From: Hormiphora californensis
Taxonomy: Eukaryota; Animalia; Ctenophora
NCBI GenBank assembly: GCA_020137815.1
Contig: CM035353.1
Span: forward strand, 4,092,001-4,156,000
Length of the DNA: 64,000 bases
Direction of reading: 5' to 3'
Shown: positions 35,702 through 47,701 of the stretch, in pieces
How the letters are laid out: each line of letters starts with the position of its first letter
Position numbering within the stretch: position 1 is the stretch's first letter
The notes under the pieces: generated by a model
The model's database searches: none
What the model saw: only the letters and a program-made list of their open reading frames with translations
Told to the model about the DNA's origin: nothing
Position numbers and translations under genes: made by a program

Positions 35702-38700
35702 ATGATCAGACTGAAAAGATTCATTTTCCTCTTACTATCAGGTACTAGGCTAGACTGGGGCAAATTGAATATGACTAATTGTACTTTGTCTACCTCTTGA
35801 ACCAACGAATAATCTTTATAGTGATAATTTGTTTCTTTCTTCAGTAATCGTAGTCGAGGCATTTCTGAGGCCGATAGACTGTAAGATCACCTCTCACCAG
35901 GGATTCCTAAAGCGTGTTTGCAGTCATCAGTTCTCAGAGGAGGCGACTTTTGACGATGTTGGGATGCAGTTGTTCCAGTGCCACAACTCAAACGATTTCT
36001 ACTACACCCTCCGATCTACACGGTGGATTTTTAACGCAACTTGTCCCCTGGACCCCCTCCAATATGAAATGTGCGGGTATTTGAATGTCGAAATGGCGGC
36101 TCTTCTTCCAAATGACGCTCTTTGTGGAGTTGCTGCGTGCAAGGCGATAAGAGGAGGGGCATCATACTACCCCCGGACAACACGTGACATATGTAACAGA
36201 GAAAGCCAGCTGTGTTCTGGCCAGTACCAGGCAGTCTGTGAGAATGTCACGGAGATCACGTGTAACGGGGTCTGTGACGAGATCCATTGCAACGACGAGA
36301 TTCATTGCGGGAAGTATATTTATGGTTACAAGTGTTCTGAGTTACTTACTTATTCGCCTTCCACCGCCGCATGCATCTTGGGTAGGACCCTTTGTATAGG
36401 TGAATCAATGTCATGCACAGAAGATTCCGGGTTGGAAATGTGTACAATTAACTACGTCAACAAGTACTACGTTGTACCAATTTTTAATTTTACCCGTTGT
36501 GCCACAATTAAAATTAACCATCAGTACGTAACAAGTACAGGGAATGAGTGGTATGATATGGTTGAAAAGGGTGACTTTTACACTCCCCATTGTCTCAACT
36601 TCATGGACCAGACGAATTGTTCCGATCCTGCCAGGGTGGCCTTGTCATGCCCCATACGGGGCTACATGTCCACCGTTGCCAAGGTAATGGTGTGTGGTGG
36701 CTTGCGGGAGGGTCTTTGCGATGACAACCTGGATATCCTCTGTGTGGATGTGACCTCTACCTGCACCATCCACAAGCACCAGATGTGTGACGGTACCAGG
36801 GACTGTCCCTCGGGACAGGATGAGTTCAACTGCAAGTGGATGACCGGTAAAGGATGCACGAGAAAGTATACGCCTGAATCTAATCCCCAGCCCTTCCCCC
36901 TTGACTGGATAGGAGACCATGTTGAGGACTGTGTTGGCGGAAAGGATGAGGTGTTAGACCTGTGGCCGACTTGTGGGAAAGGAGGCAAGTTCCATCGCTT
37001 CGTAGAAGATAACAGCACTTGTGTAGACGTCTTCCAGTGCAAAGTTTGGTTCTCGTAAAATCATACCTCCCAGCTTGTTGTGTGATGGGGTCGATACGTG
37101 TGGAAATGAAAATTCAGTCTGTCGACGACTTGTTCCCCATGTTTCAAATAAAATAGTCCAAGGCACTGTTTGGAATAAGTACATAGGCCAATGTTTACCT
37201 GGCCTAGAAAGTCTCATCCGCTTAGGAGGCGAATGTACCGAACTAACGACCTCACAGATGCGCAACTCTCATATTTTCGGTATAGAACGTGAAGCCCAAA
37301 TTGTTGCTCCAAGTCAAATGTCTTGCTCCTATACATTTGGTGAAGTGTACGTTTATCTAACCTGCTTGGGGATCTGTAAAGAAAAATGTCCTATCTCAAG
37401 AGAACCGCTTAAACGCGATTCCTGTCCGGCGGAATTTAAACACCGTTATTTTACAGTCGCAGACCAAAAAACACTAACGTTTGTTATGCAGAAAGAGGGA
37501 TCGTACGAGCAGGAAATCTTTGAATGTGAGAACAATAAATGCCTAAGGTATGATCTAGTCTGTAACCTGATCGATGACTGTGGAGATGAAAGTGATGAGA
37601 AAAATTGTGAAAACCACTTTCGGTGCACGTCTACGAAAGGTCAAGGCCAGCTGTATTTCCCTATGTATGCGGTATGTGATGGAGTTCCCAACTGTATGGA
37701 CCTATCAGATGAGTGCAACGACCGTTGTAGCAAAGAAATTTTGAAAGGATTCTACTTGAAATTAAGTGCACTTTTCTTGGGATTTCTTGCAATTGGGCTT
37801 AACTTCTGCACCTTGGTGAATGTAGTTCTAGATCTTAAAACTGTGACCAGTCAGATAGCACTTGAAAACAAAATACTAGTAGCAACGATCAGTCTTGGCG
37901 ATCTGTTAACTGGTGCTTATCTTCTGGCAATATCTTTCTCTGGTTTGTTCCAGAGCAGTTATTGTGAACGCCAGGCTTATTGGCTGGCCAGCAGGTATTG
38001 CGATGCCCTGGGTATTGTTAGCACAACAGGAAGCGCAGTCTCGGTGATGTCCATGACCCTGTTGAGCCTGTCAAGAGTACACGGAGTCAGATCGGGAATC
38101 CAACGTTCAACTTCCGAAGTTCATTTCGCGCCTCCTCTCATAACATCAGGAGTGATTATCCTTGTTTCGATCATATTTTCAATATTTCCTGTGGTATTTC
38201 TCAAATGGTTTGAGGATGTCTTTGTCAATGGACAAGTTTGGAGCAAAGATGTTAAGTTTTTCATTGGGAACATCGGTAAAGTAGAGCACCTGGAGGTCAT
38301 TCAGGCTTACTACGGACGAATCTTGAGGAGGTCCTCAGCTGGTACTGGCCAATCCTGGGATAAGATAACAGCTTTGGTAAGGGGCATGTACACGAATGAT
38401 TATGGAAACTTGGAAGGTTTAAATTCACTAGTCGGATTTTATGGCAACGAGGGCGTGTGCCTTTTCAAATTTTTTGTCCTCCCCAATGATCCACAATTCG
38501 TATTTTCACTGACCTATCAACTTTTGAATCTGGGTTGCTTGGGATTAATCTTTACCTGTTACGTATACATCGAAACAAAGTCGAGGAAAAGCCTAAAAGA
38601 TCTAAATTTCAACAGGGAAAATGGACGCCAAAATCCTGCTATACTGGCCCGTATGGAGCAGCAAAAGAAAATGCAATGGAAAGTGAGCATGATCATTGGA

Positions 38701-38982
38701 ACAGATTTAATCTGCTGGCTTCCCCTCCTAATCCTGTCGTTCTGTCACATGGCTGAGGTGGTGGATGCGACCCCCTACTACGATGTGTTCTCTGTCATTC
38801 TCCTCCCCATCAACTCCTCCATCAACCCTCTGCTATACAGCGATTACGCACACGATTTATTCCAGAACTTATGGAAGTGGATTACAATGGTAAGTATTAA
38901 GACAAAACAGGGTCCGGAGATTATCGAAATGAATGTGCTTCGAAATTTGGCAGCCTCGCCAGAGCGTACCACGGGACGTTGA
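35702..38982 (+). CDS. LDLa-repeat, cysteine-rich class A GPCR (GRL101/RXFP-like 7TM); one +1 frameshift at about 37041-37047
   Basis: Signal-peptide exon 35702-35741 (MIRLKRFIFLLLS), then one long exon 35845-38982. LDLa motifs CDGTRDCPSGQDE, CDGVDTCGNE, CNLIDDCGDESDEKNC, CDGVPNCMDLSDEC; 7TM with SLGDLLTGAYL, TDLICWLP, PINSSINPLLY. Removing one base from TGCAAAGTTTGG joins the two ORFs. Confidence 0.88.
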
Positions 38983-39039
38983 TTTAACAAACTCGCTGGC
39001 TTATTGGGGCATAATCCAAGATTTGCAAAACTCATAATA

Positions 39040-39340
39040 CTAGGGCAGATCACGGACGTGACGCTACACTATCTCCTGTTGGTAAAGTTTCCTGAAGTCT
39101 TCTAGAGGAGATTCATCGATGATGTCTTGGGACTATGGCGTGGGACAGAGCGGGGTTTCGCTAACTGAACCATTCGGGATTATGTTCGGGGATTCTCAAA
39201 TTGGGGACACAGTGACGTATATTCTTTAGACATTAAGTTCAGAATCACCGAGAGGGGCTTAGTCTACCATCTGAGCCGCAAAGAGACGGATGCCAGACTG
39301 TAGTTGCAAACATATAGTTTCCACCCGAAAAACATGGACC
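39040..39340 (+). pseudogene. Decayed Penelope-like reverse transcriptase fragment
   Basis: Reads RRFIDDVLGLWRGTE (about 39106), then an FLD-like LDIKF and RKETDARL*LQTYSFHP, matching the order of PLE RT C-terminal motifs, with stops and frameshifts. Confidence 0.65.
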
Positions 39341-39479
39341 TGGAGGACTTGAAGCTCTATTTAGTGAGGATTTTTTTGTAGATCTCGACAAGATTTTTCG
39401 AAAACTTGAGGGTCATTTTTTATTCGATGCAAAGCAAAGGAGTGACAGTAACCATTTATTGTGACAAGTGAAACAAGGT

Positions 39480-39900
39480 TTTACAAAATCAACAAATGTT
39501 TCACGCAAAAGCTGCGATCGTCAGGATTAAAAATGTAAACTTGTTTACTCGTTAACAGTCCTCTGCTCCTTCATAAAGTTGGATGTTTCATGAGTTTAAC
39601 GGCTAGATACTTCCTCTTGTGCGGACACTTGTTTAACAGTTCGCTCTTCCTGTTTATCAGGTCCTTCCCTCTGAGGATGTGGTACTTTTCCGCCAGACAC
39701 AGATTACAGGTTATATTACCAGGTTCATATGTGCGAGCTTTGGCTAATAATTGCCATGTTATGTCATGTCTTATGTCTCTGTCCTTTAGTCTCCAGACTA
39801 GTTTGGACAGTTCTGTCTCGTTTTTGTATCTGTCGTGTCTGAATGTAGTTTTGTGTGTGTTCAGTCTGGATTTAAACCTAAATTTCGGGTGGCACACGAC
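39480..39900 (-). mobile_element. 3' fragment of a Penelope-like element (C-terminal part of the GIY-YIG endonuclease region plus 3' UTR)
   Basis: ORF 39571-39897: FKSRLNTHKTTF...TELSKLVWRLK...ITWQLL...CNLCLAEKYHIL...LINRKSELLNKCPH, which I recognise as a PLE C-terminus. Confidence 0.8.
39487..39528 (-). ncRNA. Minimal type I hammerhead ribozyme associated with a Penelope-like element
   Basis: Minus strand: AATC-CTGACGA-T-CGCA-gcttt-TGCG-T-GAAA-C-attt-G-TT-GATT. Core CUGANGA and GAAA, 4-bp stems I and II, minimal stem III, GUU cleavage triplet; lies about 40 nt after the stop of the GIY-YIG-type ORF. Confidence 0.7.
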
Positions 39901-41138
39901 TTTTGCACGTGTATGTTCTAAGCGCTCCTACTAGAAGAAGCTCTTCACAATTGAACCGGAAACTTACGTGGAAGTTTGTGAATACAGCTTTTAGCTCTAC
40001 AATGCCTGTTGTGACGCTTTATTGTCTTTATATTTACGAAGTGCAGTATTTTTTCATTGTTATTTATCAAAAGTTTGTTATTTATCATATCAGTTTTTTG
40101 AAAGTTATGTGACCAGTTATCTTATTAGTACAGCCGGACCCCGATTTAACGGCACCCCGATATAACGGCAGCATAATCTTTCAAATTCAAATTCAAATTC
40201 ATAAATTTGCGTAACACACAGGATATTTAAAAAGATAAACCTCCTAAAAAGAGTCAATACTCTTCCCCCGATATGGGAAGTTAACATTATTTGACACCGA
40301 TTTAGCGGACACCCCAATTTAACGGACAAAATCCTTCCCCCGAGGTTGCCGTTAAATCGGGGTCCGACTGTATATATCTTCAATTAGGAGTGAGTGTGTA
40401 AGAATATAAGGATATTTTGTAAATGTGCGGCCCCCGGCCCTGTCCGTTGATTAAAAAATTCGACTGTATCGTTGGCTAAGGGCGTGAGGCAGGTCGGTAG
40501 AACTTAGGGCAGGTCGACAGAATTTAGGGTAGGTCAATTTAGGGTAGGTCTGAATTTAGGGTAGGTCTGAATTTAGGGTAGGTCTTAATTTAGGGTAGGT
40601 CTGAATTTAGGGTAGGTGAATTTAGGGTAGGTCTGAATTTAGGGTAGGTCTGAATTTAGGGTAGGTCCGTAACGTATCGTTTATCAAAGCATTGCAACTC
40701 GACATTAGGTTCTGATTAGGTCGCTGAACCGCGTCCCGTATCTCGTATCAACTCATTTCAATTCGATCTTAGTCACCGATTAGGTCGCTGAACCACGTCT
40801 CGTATCTCGTATCAACCCATTGCAATTCGATCTTAGTCACCGATTAGGTCGCTGAACCGCGTCCCTTATCTCGTATCAACTCATTGGAATTCGAGGTTAG
40901 ACACAAATGAGATGGCAAACGAATTTTTTTTTCTTAAACAGGTTTCAACTCAGGATGGAACTCTTAAAGTATATAATGAGGCATAAACTCTGGCCACTGG
41001 CACGTTATTTCAGATACCTTTCTCCCAGCGCGCCGCTGGGAGAAGGTAGCTGTAGTTTATCCGCCAGTGGCGGATAAACTGGTTCAAATCACGACGACGA
41101 TCCTGAGGCGTAGCCGAGGGAGAGGCGGAGGGGTTTAA

Positions 41139-42514
41139 AGGGATACTGACATATTCAAAAAATTTTGACTTTTTCAACGATCCTGGGTGTGGTAACTGGT
41201 TGGGAGATAAAAATAGGATTAGACAAAGTGCGAACTCTCTACTCCCTCTCGTTCTCAAGATATAGGGCCCCACCTTTTAGCACTTCGTAATTGGTTATGG
41301 TAAAGGGGGAGAGTTGTATTGCAAATTACATGTAAACACGAGTCAGTTTATCTGTCAATATCTCAACTTTCACATGCACGATTTTGACCGGATTTTTTTC
41401 TGAAAGTCAGAAATGTTTTAAATTTTTAGTATTTTCATATGATGTATCAGAATGACCAAGAAAATCAGTAAATAAACAAGTAAACTTTGCAGGTTGAGGT
41501 GAACTGGAGTGCATTGTCAATTAGACCCAATTATGGTCAATTAGGGCACTTTGCCGACCTCTGAGGACTTGGAAAAGTTGCTCATGCGATTCAACGTATC
41601 AAAATTAGTGTGTAAAGTGCCCTCAAGTGCGATCTTTCAGCATTTCCAGTTGAAAATGCATTTATCGCCAATTAGACTGAATTATGCTCAATTAGGACAC
41701 TTTCTTCACCTCTGACGGCTTGGAAAAGCCGCTTACGTGATTCAGCGTATCAAAATTAGTGGGGATAGTGCTCCCACATGAATTGATAGCGTTTTCATGC
41801 AATAAGTTACAGTTATGATCAATTAGACCCGATTATGCTCAATTAGGGCACTTTCTCCACCCCTGAGTGCTTGCCAAAGTTGCTTACGTGATTCAACGTA
41901 TCAAAATTAGTCGGGTATAGTGGTTTTGCCTTTTATACCAATTAGTTGCCTAAATTTTTCAGTTTATAGTCTCCTAGGATACAATATTCATTTCAGGGCT
42001 GAATAGTTAATAACTATTGACTATGTTATTGACTATGGGCTAAATATTAACAACTTGTATGTAAAATTGAGGAAATACAGCCAAATTTGATTGACATTAG
42101 TTACTGAATACCATGATAATATTGTTCTAAGAGGGCATACATTTCAAAAAAATCACCGTCTTGCTTAGTTATAGTTCTATCTATTCATGACAAGTCAAGA
42201 GACAAATGGAAACCAAAAATGGAAACTAGAAGTGGTCTTAAAGTTTTTAGAAAAAACCCGGTCAAAATCGCATGTGTATTAGCTGAGATAATGACATATA
42301 AACAGGCTCGTGTTTACCTGTAATCTGTAATGCTGGTCTCCTCCTCTTACCATAACCAATTAGTGGGTGTTAATATTTGGGACCCTATATCTTGAGAAGT
42401 AGAGGGAGTAGAGAGCTCGGACTTCGACATAATGTATTTATTCTCTCAGATGACGTGATTGAGCAATGTATTATTAAAATTTGAGATGGTCGATTTCAAT
42501 ATGTCAGTATCCCT
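41139..42514. mobile_element. Kolobok/T2-type non-autonomous transposon nested in the 40488-43601 element
   Basis: TTAA|AGGGATACTGACATATT ... AATATGTCAGTATCCCT|TTAA; degenerate long subterminal inverted repeats and three internal repeats of about 150 bp (41518-41920). Confidence 0.85.
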
Positions 42515-42558
42515 TTAAACCAATAACGTGCCATTGGTCAGAGTTTATGGGTTATATA

Positions 42559-43018
42559 CCCTGCTTTAGTTGTTTGTTTCAAGTATTACACACTAACAAG
42601 AGAGAGAACACTAATCAAAACACACAAAGAGAACTGAGAAACAGTCAAAAAAATCTCTCAATTGAGTGTATATTGTTTGGTAACAGTTACTAAGGAGAGA
42701 GAGAAAGAAATAACAAGATATGGGGCATGCCAGACATAACACAGAGGAATTGAGATAGTGAAACAAAAGGGGAGATAAAGAGAGAGAAATTGACGGAATG
42801 TGTTGTTTCTTTCTCTCCAATGCAGTGTGTAACTCTTGCAAACAGTGTTCCCTCTGTATTTCAGTAAGAACTGATCATTTACACACATTTTGAATGTAAC
42901 ATAGGAGTTAATAATAAACAGCCAACCAGTGGGAAATAATCTGCCGCTGGACTGGCTGTATATTGAGAGCGCGCCAGTGGGACTTCTCGCCGCTGGCGGG
43001 TTATTTAAGTTAGCAGGG
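42559..43018. mobile_element. MITE with CCCTGCT termini in a TATATA context, nested
   Basis: TATATA|CCCTGCT ... AGCAGGG|TATATA; second partial copy at 25533. Confidence 0.65.
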
Positions 43019-43602
43019 TATATACGTGCATAAACTAATAAGTGAACAGTCAAACAGTCCTAATTTCATTTGATGCAATACGGAACACAGTCTACCGACC
43101 TAACTCTCGGTGACTAAGATGGAATTGCAATGAGTTGATACGAGATACGGGACGTGGTTCAGGGACCTAATTTGTGTCTAACCTCGAATTTCAGTGAGTT
43201 GATACGAGATACGGGACGTGGTTCAGCGACCTAATCGGTAACTAAGATCAAATTAAAATGAGTTGATACGAGATACGGGACGCGGTTCAGGGACCTAATT
43301 TGTGTCTAACCTCGAATTTCAATGAGTTGATACGAGATACGGGACGACCTAATCGGAGACTAAGATCGAATTGAAATGAGTTGATACGAGATACGGGACG
43401 CGGTTCAGCGACCTAATCAGAACCTAATGTCGAGTTGCAATGCTTTGATAAACGATACGTTACGGACCTACCCTAAATTCAGACCTACCCTAAATTCAGA
43501 CCTACCCTAAATTCACCTACCCTAAATTAAGACCTACTCTAAATTCAGACCTACCCTAAATTGACCTACCCTAAATTCTGTCGAAGTTCTACCGACCTGC
43601 CA

Positions 43603-45337
43603 GGGCGTGATTATAATCTGGGTGCCTTGCAGCGTGTTTACAGGTGCGCACAGCCAAAAAAAGTACACCTAAAACCACTTAGACCGACTTTTTTCAAACG
43701 GCTATTTATAGCCGTTTGAAAAAAGTCGGATTTTTTGAAGTTGTCACCCCCCTGGGTGGCGCGCGAGTTTTTATTGGCGCGTCGGAAACTTGTTTGACAC
43801 TTGTTTTGGCTCTCACGCCTTTGTTTCTTGACCAATTTCGTCAAACAAAAACTTTACCGACTCACAAAATTATGCTCTTTCCGATAATATGCGGCTTTTT
43901 GCCGAAAATTGAGAGCAAGTGGGGGCTGTCACACGCAAATACGACGCCACGTGTGAATGGGCGTGATTATAATCTGGGTGCCGTGCAGCGTGTTTACAGG
44001 TGCGCACTGCCAAAAGAGTATACTTAGACCGACTTTTTTCAAACGGCTATAGCCACGCAACCACATGGCCAATTTGAGTAAACTAAACGGTAACTGATAG
44101 AGAATCGATAGCCCTAACCGATAACCCAAAACCAAACCCTAACCAGACCCTAACGGATAGCCCTAACCCGTCGCACGCGCTAAAACTACGAATTGTTAGC
44201 AATGAAAGGCACCCAGATTTTAACGTTTTCCGCGGGAATAGGGGGGTGACAACTTCAAAAAATCCGACTTTAGCCGCGGAACCACATGGCCGATTTGAGT
44301 AAACTAAACGGTATCTGATAGAGAATCGATAGGCCTAACCAATAACTCCAAACAAAACCCTAACCCGACCCTAACAACAGCCCTAACCCGTATCGACCGC
44401 CAAAATCGATGAATTGTTAGCAACCAGATTTTAACGTTTTCCGGGCCGGGGGGGGGGGGGGGGGGGCGCCGTTACGATCTGGGTGTTTGGAGGCCTGTTT
44501 ACAGGTGCGCGCTGCCAAAAAAGTTGATTCACTAAAATGGCTCTAACCGCCAAACCACTCAACCGTTTTGGCTGATTCAAAGTTTATCTGGTAGGGAATG
44601 TCAAGGCCTAACCCCAACCCAAACCCCAACCCTAACCCTAACCCTACTTTAGCCCTAACCCTAAAAAACCGTTTGTCAGCACTCCCAAAACACTATAGAG
44701 AAAACAAAACAATAAATCAATTCATCCTCGGATCAATTCATCCTCGGATCGGGGATCCTCAAGTTCTTCTTATTCCTCTCTTCCTCAGGTCACCAGTTCA
44801 GTATTTGTTAGGCTAGTGATAGCAATCTTCCTCCGATTTCCTCTTAATGCAATAAGGCATGATCTCAGGAGGGAGAATCGTAGCCTCGTCCTCAGGTGAG
44901 CCATAATTTCACTGTACGGTTCTGCGGTTCTTGTGGAGATTCGGTGTGAGAGAGTCTTCAGCACCTTTTGGAACTCATTGGCTATGCCACCTGCTGTATT
45001 CATTACCAGCGGAGAGAAGGCACCCCCTTCAACTTCTCGTACACGTTTTCCGTACGACTGCTTCGGAAAACGTTAAAATCTGGGTGCCTTTCATTGCTAA
45101 CAATTCGTAGTTTTGGCGCGCGCGACGGGTTAGGGCTATCCGTTAGGGTCTGGTTAGGGTTTGGTTTGGGGTTATCGGTTAGGGCTATCGATTTTCTAAC
45201 TGATACCGTTTAGTTTACTCAAATCGGCCATGTGGTTCCATGGCTATAGCCGTTTGAAAAAAGTCGGTCTAAGTATACTCTTTTGGTAGCGCGCACCTGT
45301 AAACAGGCTGCAAGGCACCCAGATTATAATCGCGCCC
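43603..45337. mobile_element. Composite inverted-repeat element with telomere-like (CCCTAA) patches and nested pieces
   Basis: GGGCGTGATTATAATCTGGGTGCCTTGCAGC ... GCTGCAAGGCACCCAGATTATAATCGCGCCC; the left end is repeated internally at 43959 and 44465. Confidence 0.7.
44700..45062 (-). mobile_element. 3' fragment of a CRE-like non-LTR retrotransposon (C-terminus of the restriction-like endonuclease)
   Basis: RKRVREVEGGAFSPLVMNTAGGIANEFQKVLKTLSHRIS...YSEIMAHLRTRLRFSLLRSCLIALRG, a C-terminal signature I associate with animal CRE-clade elements. Confidence 0.7.
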
Positions 45338-45415
45338 GACTGCTTCTTGCTAGCCTCCCATATTTTAACGCTGGCCCGGGGGGGGGGGGCGGGGAAGTTT
45401 TGCCTTTTGCGAATA

Positions 45416-45797
45416 AGGAACCATAATAAAGTTCAAGAGCCTCCAAGAGCACCCAAGAGCACACCCGATCGAAGAGAGACCACACCTGAGAGCGTACCAC
45501 ACCCAAAAGAGACCACATCCAAGAGCGCACCACCTCCAGAAGACACCACTTCAAGAGCGCACCACATCAAAGAGAGCTCCCCATCCAGAAGATACCACGC
45601 GCAGGGGACACCACGCGCAGAAGAGACCAGCGCGGCGTTGTATTTGCGCGTGCGGTCTCTTCTGCGCGTGGTGTCCCCTGCGCGCGGTATCTTCTGGATG
45701 GGGAGCTCTCTTTGATGTGGTGCGCTCTTGAAGTGGTGTCTTTTGGAGGTGGTGCGCTCTTGGATGGGGTGCGCTCTTGAACTTTATTATGGTTCCT
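45416..45797. mobile_element. Hairpin MITE with CAAGAGCGCACC subrepeats (TA flanks)
   Basis: TA|AGGAACCATAATAAAGTTCAAGAGC ... GCTCTTGAACTTTATTATGGTTCCT|TA; long internal inverted complementarity. Confidence 0.8.
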
Positions 45798-46063
45798 TAT
45801 ATAGGATGTATTTACATCCATTAAAAACGTAGCGCGCGAAAATAAACATTTTTGCAACACCCTTAGTGCGCGCGTTTCCCACGGCTTCCTGTGCTTGAAA
45901 GAATTGGCATAAAGTCCATTTTTATTCAACTGTTCACCCCTCAACTCGTGCGCGTGCGATATTTTAATTTACGCTGCGCGCGCTACACGTTAACATGTGA
46001 TAAACGCGCAAAACAATTCCGCGCACGACTTTGGGGGGTGAACAGTTGAAAAAAAATGGACAT

Positions 46064-47250
46064 TACGTTGCAGGCCCCTTATAATATAATATAAGGGGCC
46101 TGGAGGGAATACCGCGCTAGGGGGGAATACATAATCAACCATATCTCCGGTTCCAGATAAGGTACAGAAATCGTTTTGGTAGCGTTGGAAAGAGGAAGAT
46201 AACAGCTTTCAAATGCAACCGGTTTCAGGTCTCTATCTTATCAGGAACAGGAGATATGAACCAAACTCCGCAAAATCGAGTGCGGTAAAATCAAAATTTG
46301 AATGAAATTTTTAAAAAGGTGTCCCTGCAAGAATCTGTGACGTCACTTTTTGAAAACAACCCATCTTTCAACGGCTATTGCTCATCCTCCTTAAGTCCAA
46401 TTAACTTCTCTCAAAAACAGCAAGGTAGATAATCGTCAGATCTAACAACTGGTGAAAGAATCAAGTCAAACGGACTTCAGGAGCCAAAGTTATAAGCACC
46501 GCCGTTTTTTCGACCGCAAAGTTATCTTCGACCCAGCCGGGATCAGGCCAAACGCGCGCGCGGCATTCCCTCCAGTCCCCTCGTTGCGGGGGTGCGCGCA
46601 TGAGGGGGCTGCAGCGCATTCCAATTGAAAGAAAGTCAAAGCTTGTTTCTTTTGTAAAATTTCCTTTTTCTCTTGGCATACGTTGCAGGCCCCTTATAAT
46701 ATAATATAAGGGGCCTGGAGGGAATACCGCGCTAGGGGGGAATACATAATCAATCATATCTCCGGTTCCAGATAAGCTACAGAAATCGTTTTGATAGCGT
46801 TGGAAAGAGGAAGATAACAGCTTTCAAATGCAACCGGTTTCAGGCCTCTATCTTATCAGGAACAGGAGATATGAACCAAACTCTGCAAAATCGAGTGCGG
46901 TAAAATAAAAAAATTCGAGATTTTAATTCAAATTTGAAACAAAGTGTCCCTGCAGGGACCTGTGACGTCACTTTTTGAAAACAACCAATCTTTGAACGGC
47001 TATTGCTCAGCCTCCTCAAGTCCAATTAACTTCTCTCAAAAACAGCAAGGTAGATAATTGTCAGATCTAACAGCTAGTGAAAGAATCAAGCAAAACGGAC
47101 TTCAGGGGCCAAAGTTATAAGCACCGCCGTTTTTTCGCTCGCAAAGTTATTTTCGACCCAGCCGGGCTCAGGCCAAACGCGCGCGCGGCATTCCCTCCAG
47201 TCCCCTCGTTGCGGGGGTGCGCGCATGAGGGGGCTGCAGCGCATTCCAAC
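46064..47250 (+). repeat. Tandem dimer of a 615-bp unit, each copy headed by a 32-bp palindrome
   Basis: 46064-46678 and 46679-47250 are highly similar; both start TACGTTGCAGGCCCCTTATAATATAATATAAGGGGCCTG. Confidence 0.9.
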
Positions 47251-47630
47251 TTTTTCTCTTTTTCTGGATTTCCACAAAATGTTTCACTGATTATACCTCT
47301 TTGACAGTAGGCCCAAAAGATTCCCAGATTTTAATTGCACCTGCTTAAGTTGTATCAATTAATTATCTTAAGTTTGCAGCATTAACCTAAGAATCAACTT
47401 AAACAGCCTGCGGAACACGTTTTCGGGCCTCCATAAATGCTTTTACGAAGGTGTTCATCGCGATTGCTATAAACAGTCACCCAGTCTAATGGTTAAAGTT
47501 TTCATTCGATTATTTCTTTAACTTTAAATGGTAACTGTAACATTTTTAAGGTTCTGTAGGCTCTACACCTCCTTCTGTATCCTCCCTTGACTGTACCGTT
47601 GGGCACTTCCTTCTGCACCTTATCTTGGGC

Positions 47631-47666
47631 AACTTTTCAACACTACTTTAAACAAATTAATTTGAG
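47631..47666 (+). other. Genomic copy of the ctenophore spliced-leader (SL) sequence at the 5' end of a retrocopy
   Basis: AACTTTTCAACACTACTTTAAACAAATTAATTTGAG matches from memory the 3' 36 nt of the ctenophore SL; it is followed by GATG, not GT, so it is not an SL RNA gene. Confidence 0.8.
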
Positions 47667-47701
47667 GATGTTGAGACCGCCCGTAGGGGCAGGCAGAAGT
47701 T

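Larger units (their letters stand above)
40488..43601. mobile_element. 3.1-kb MULE/foldback-type element with long modular TIRs and 9-bp TSD, carrying nested insertions
   Basis: GGCAGGTCGGTAGAACTT ... AAGTTCTACCGACCTGCC; TSD AGGGCGTGA at 40479-40487 and 43602-43610; TIRs built from (TTTAGGGTAGGTCTGAA)n and about 62-bp subrepeats. Confidence 0.88.

Noticed and set aside
47631-47700. SL RNA gene
   Set aside because: No GT donor after the leader, and it runs directly into a protein-coding unit with tail and TSD.
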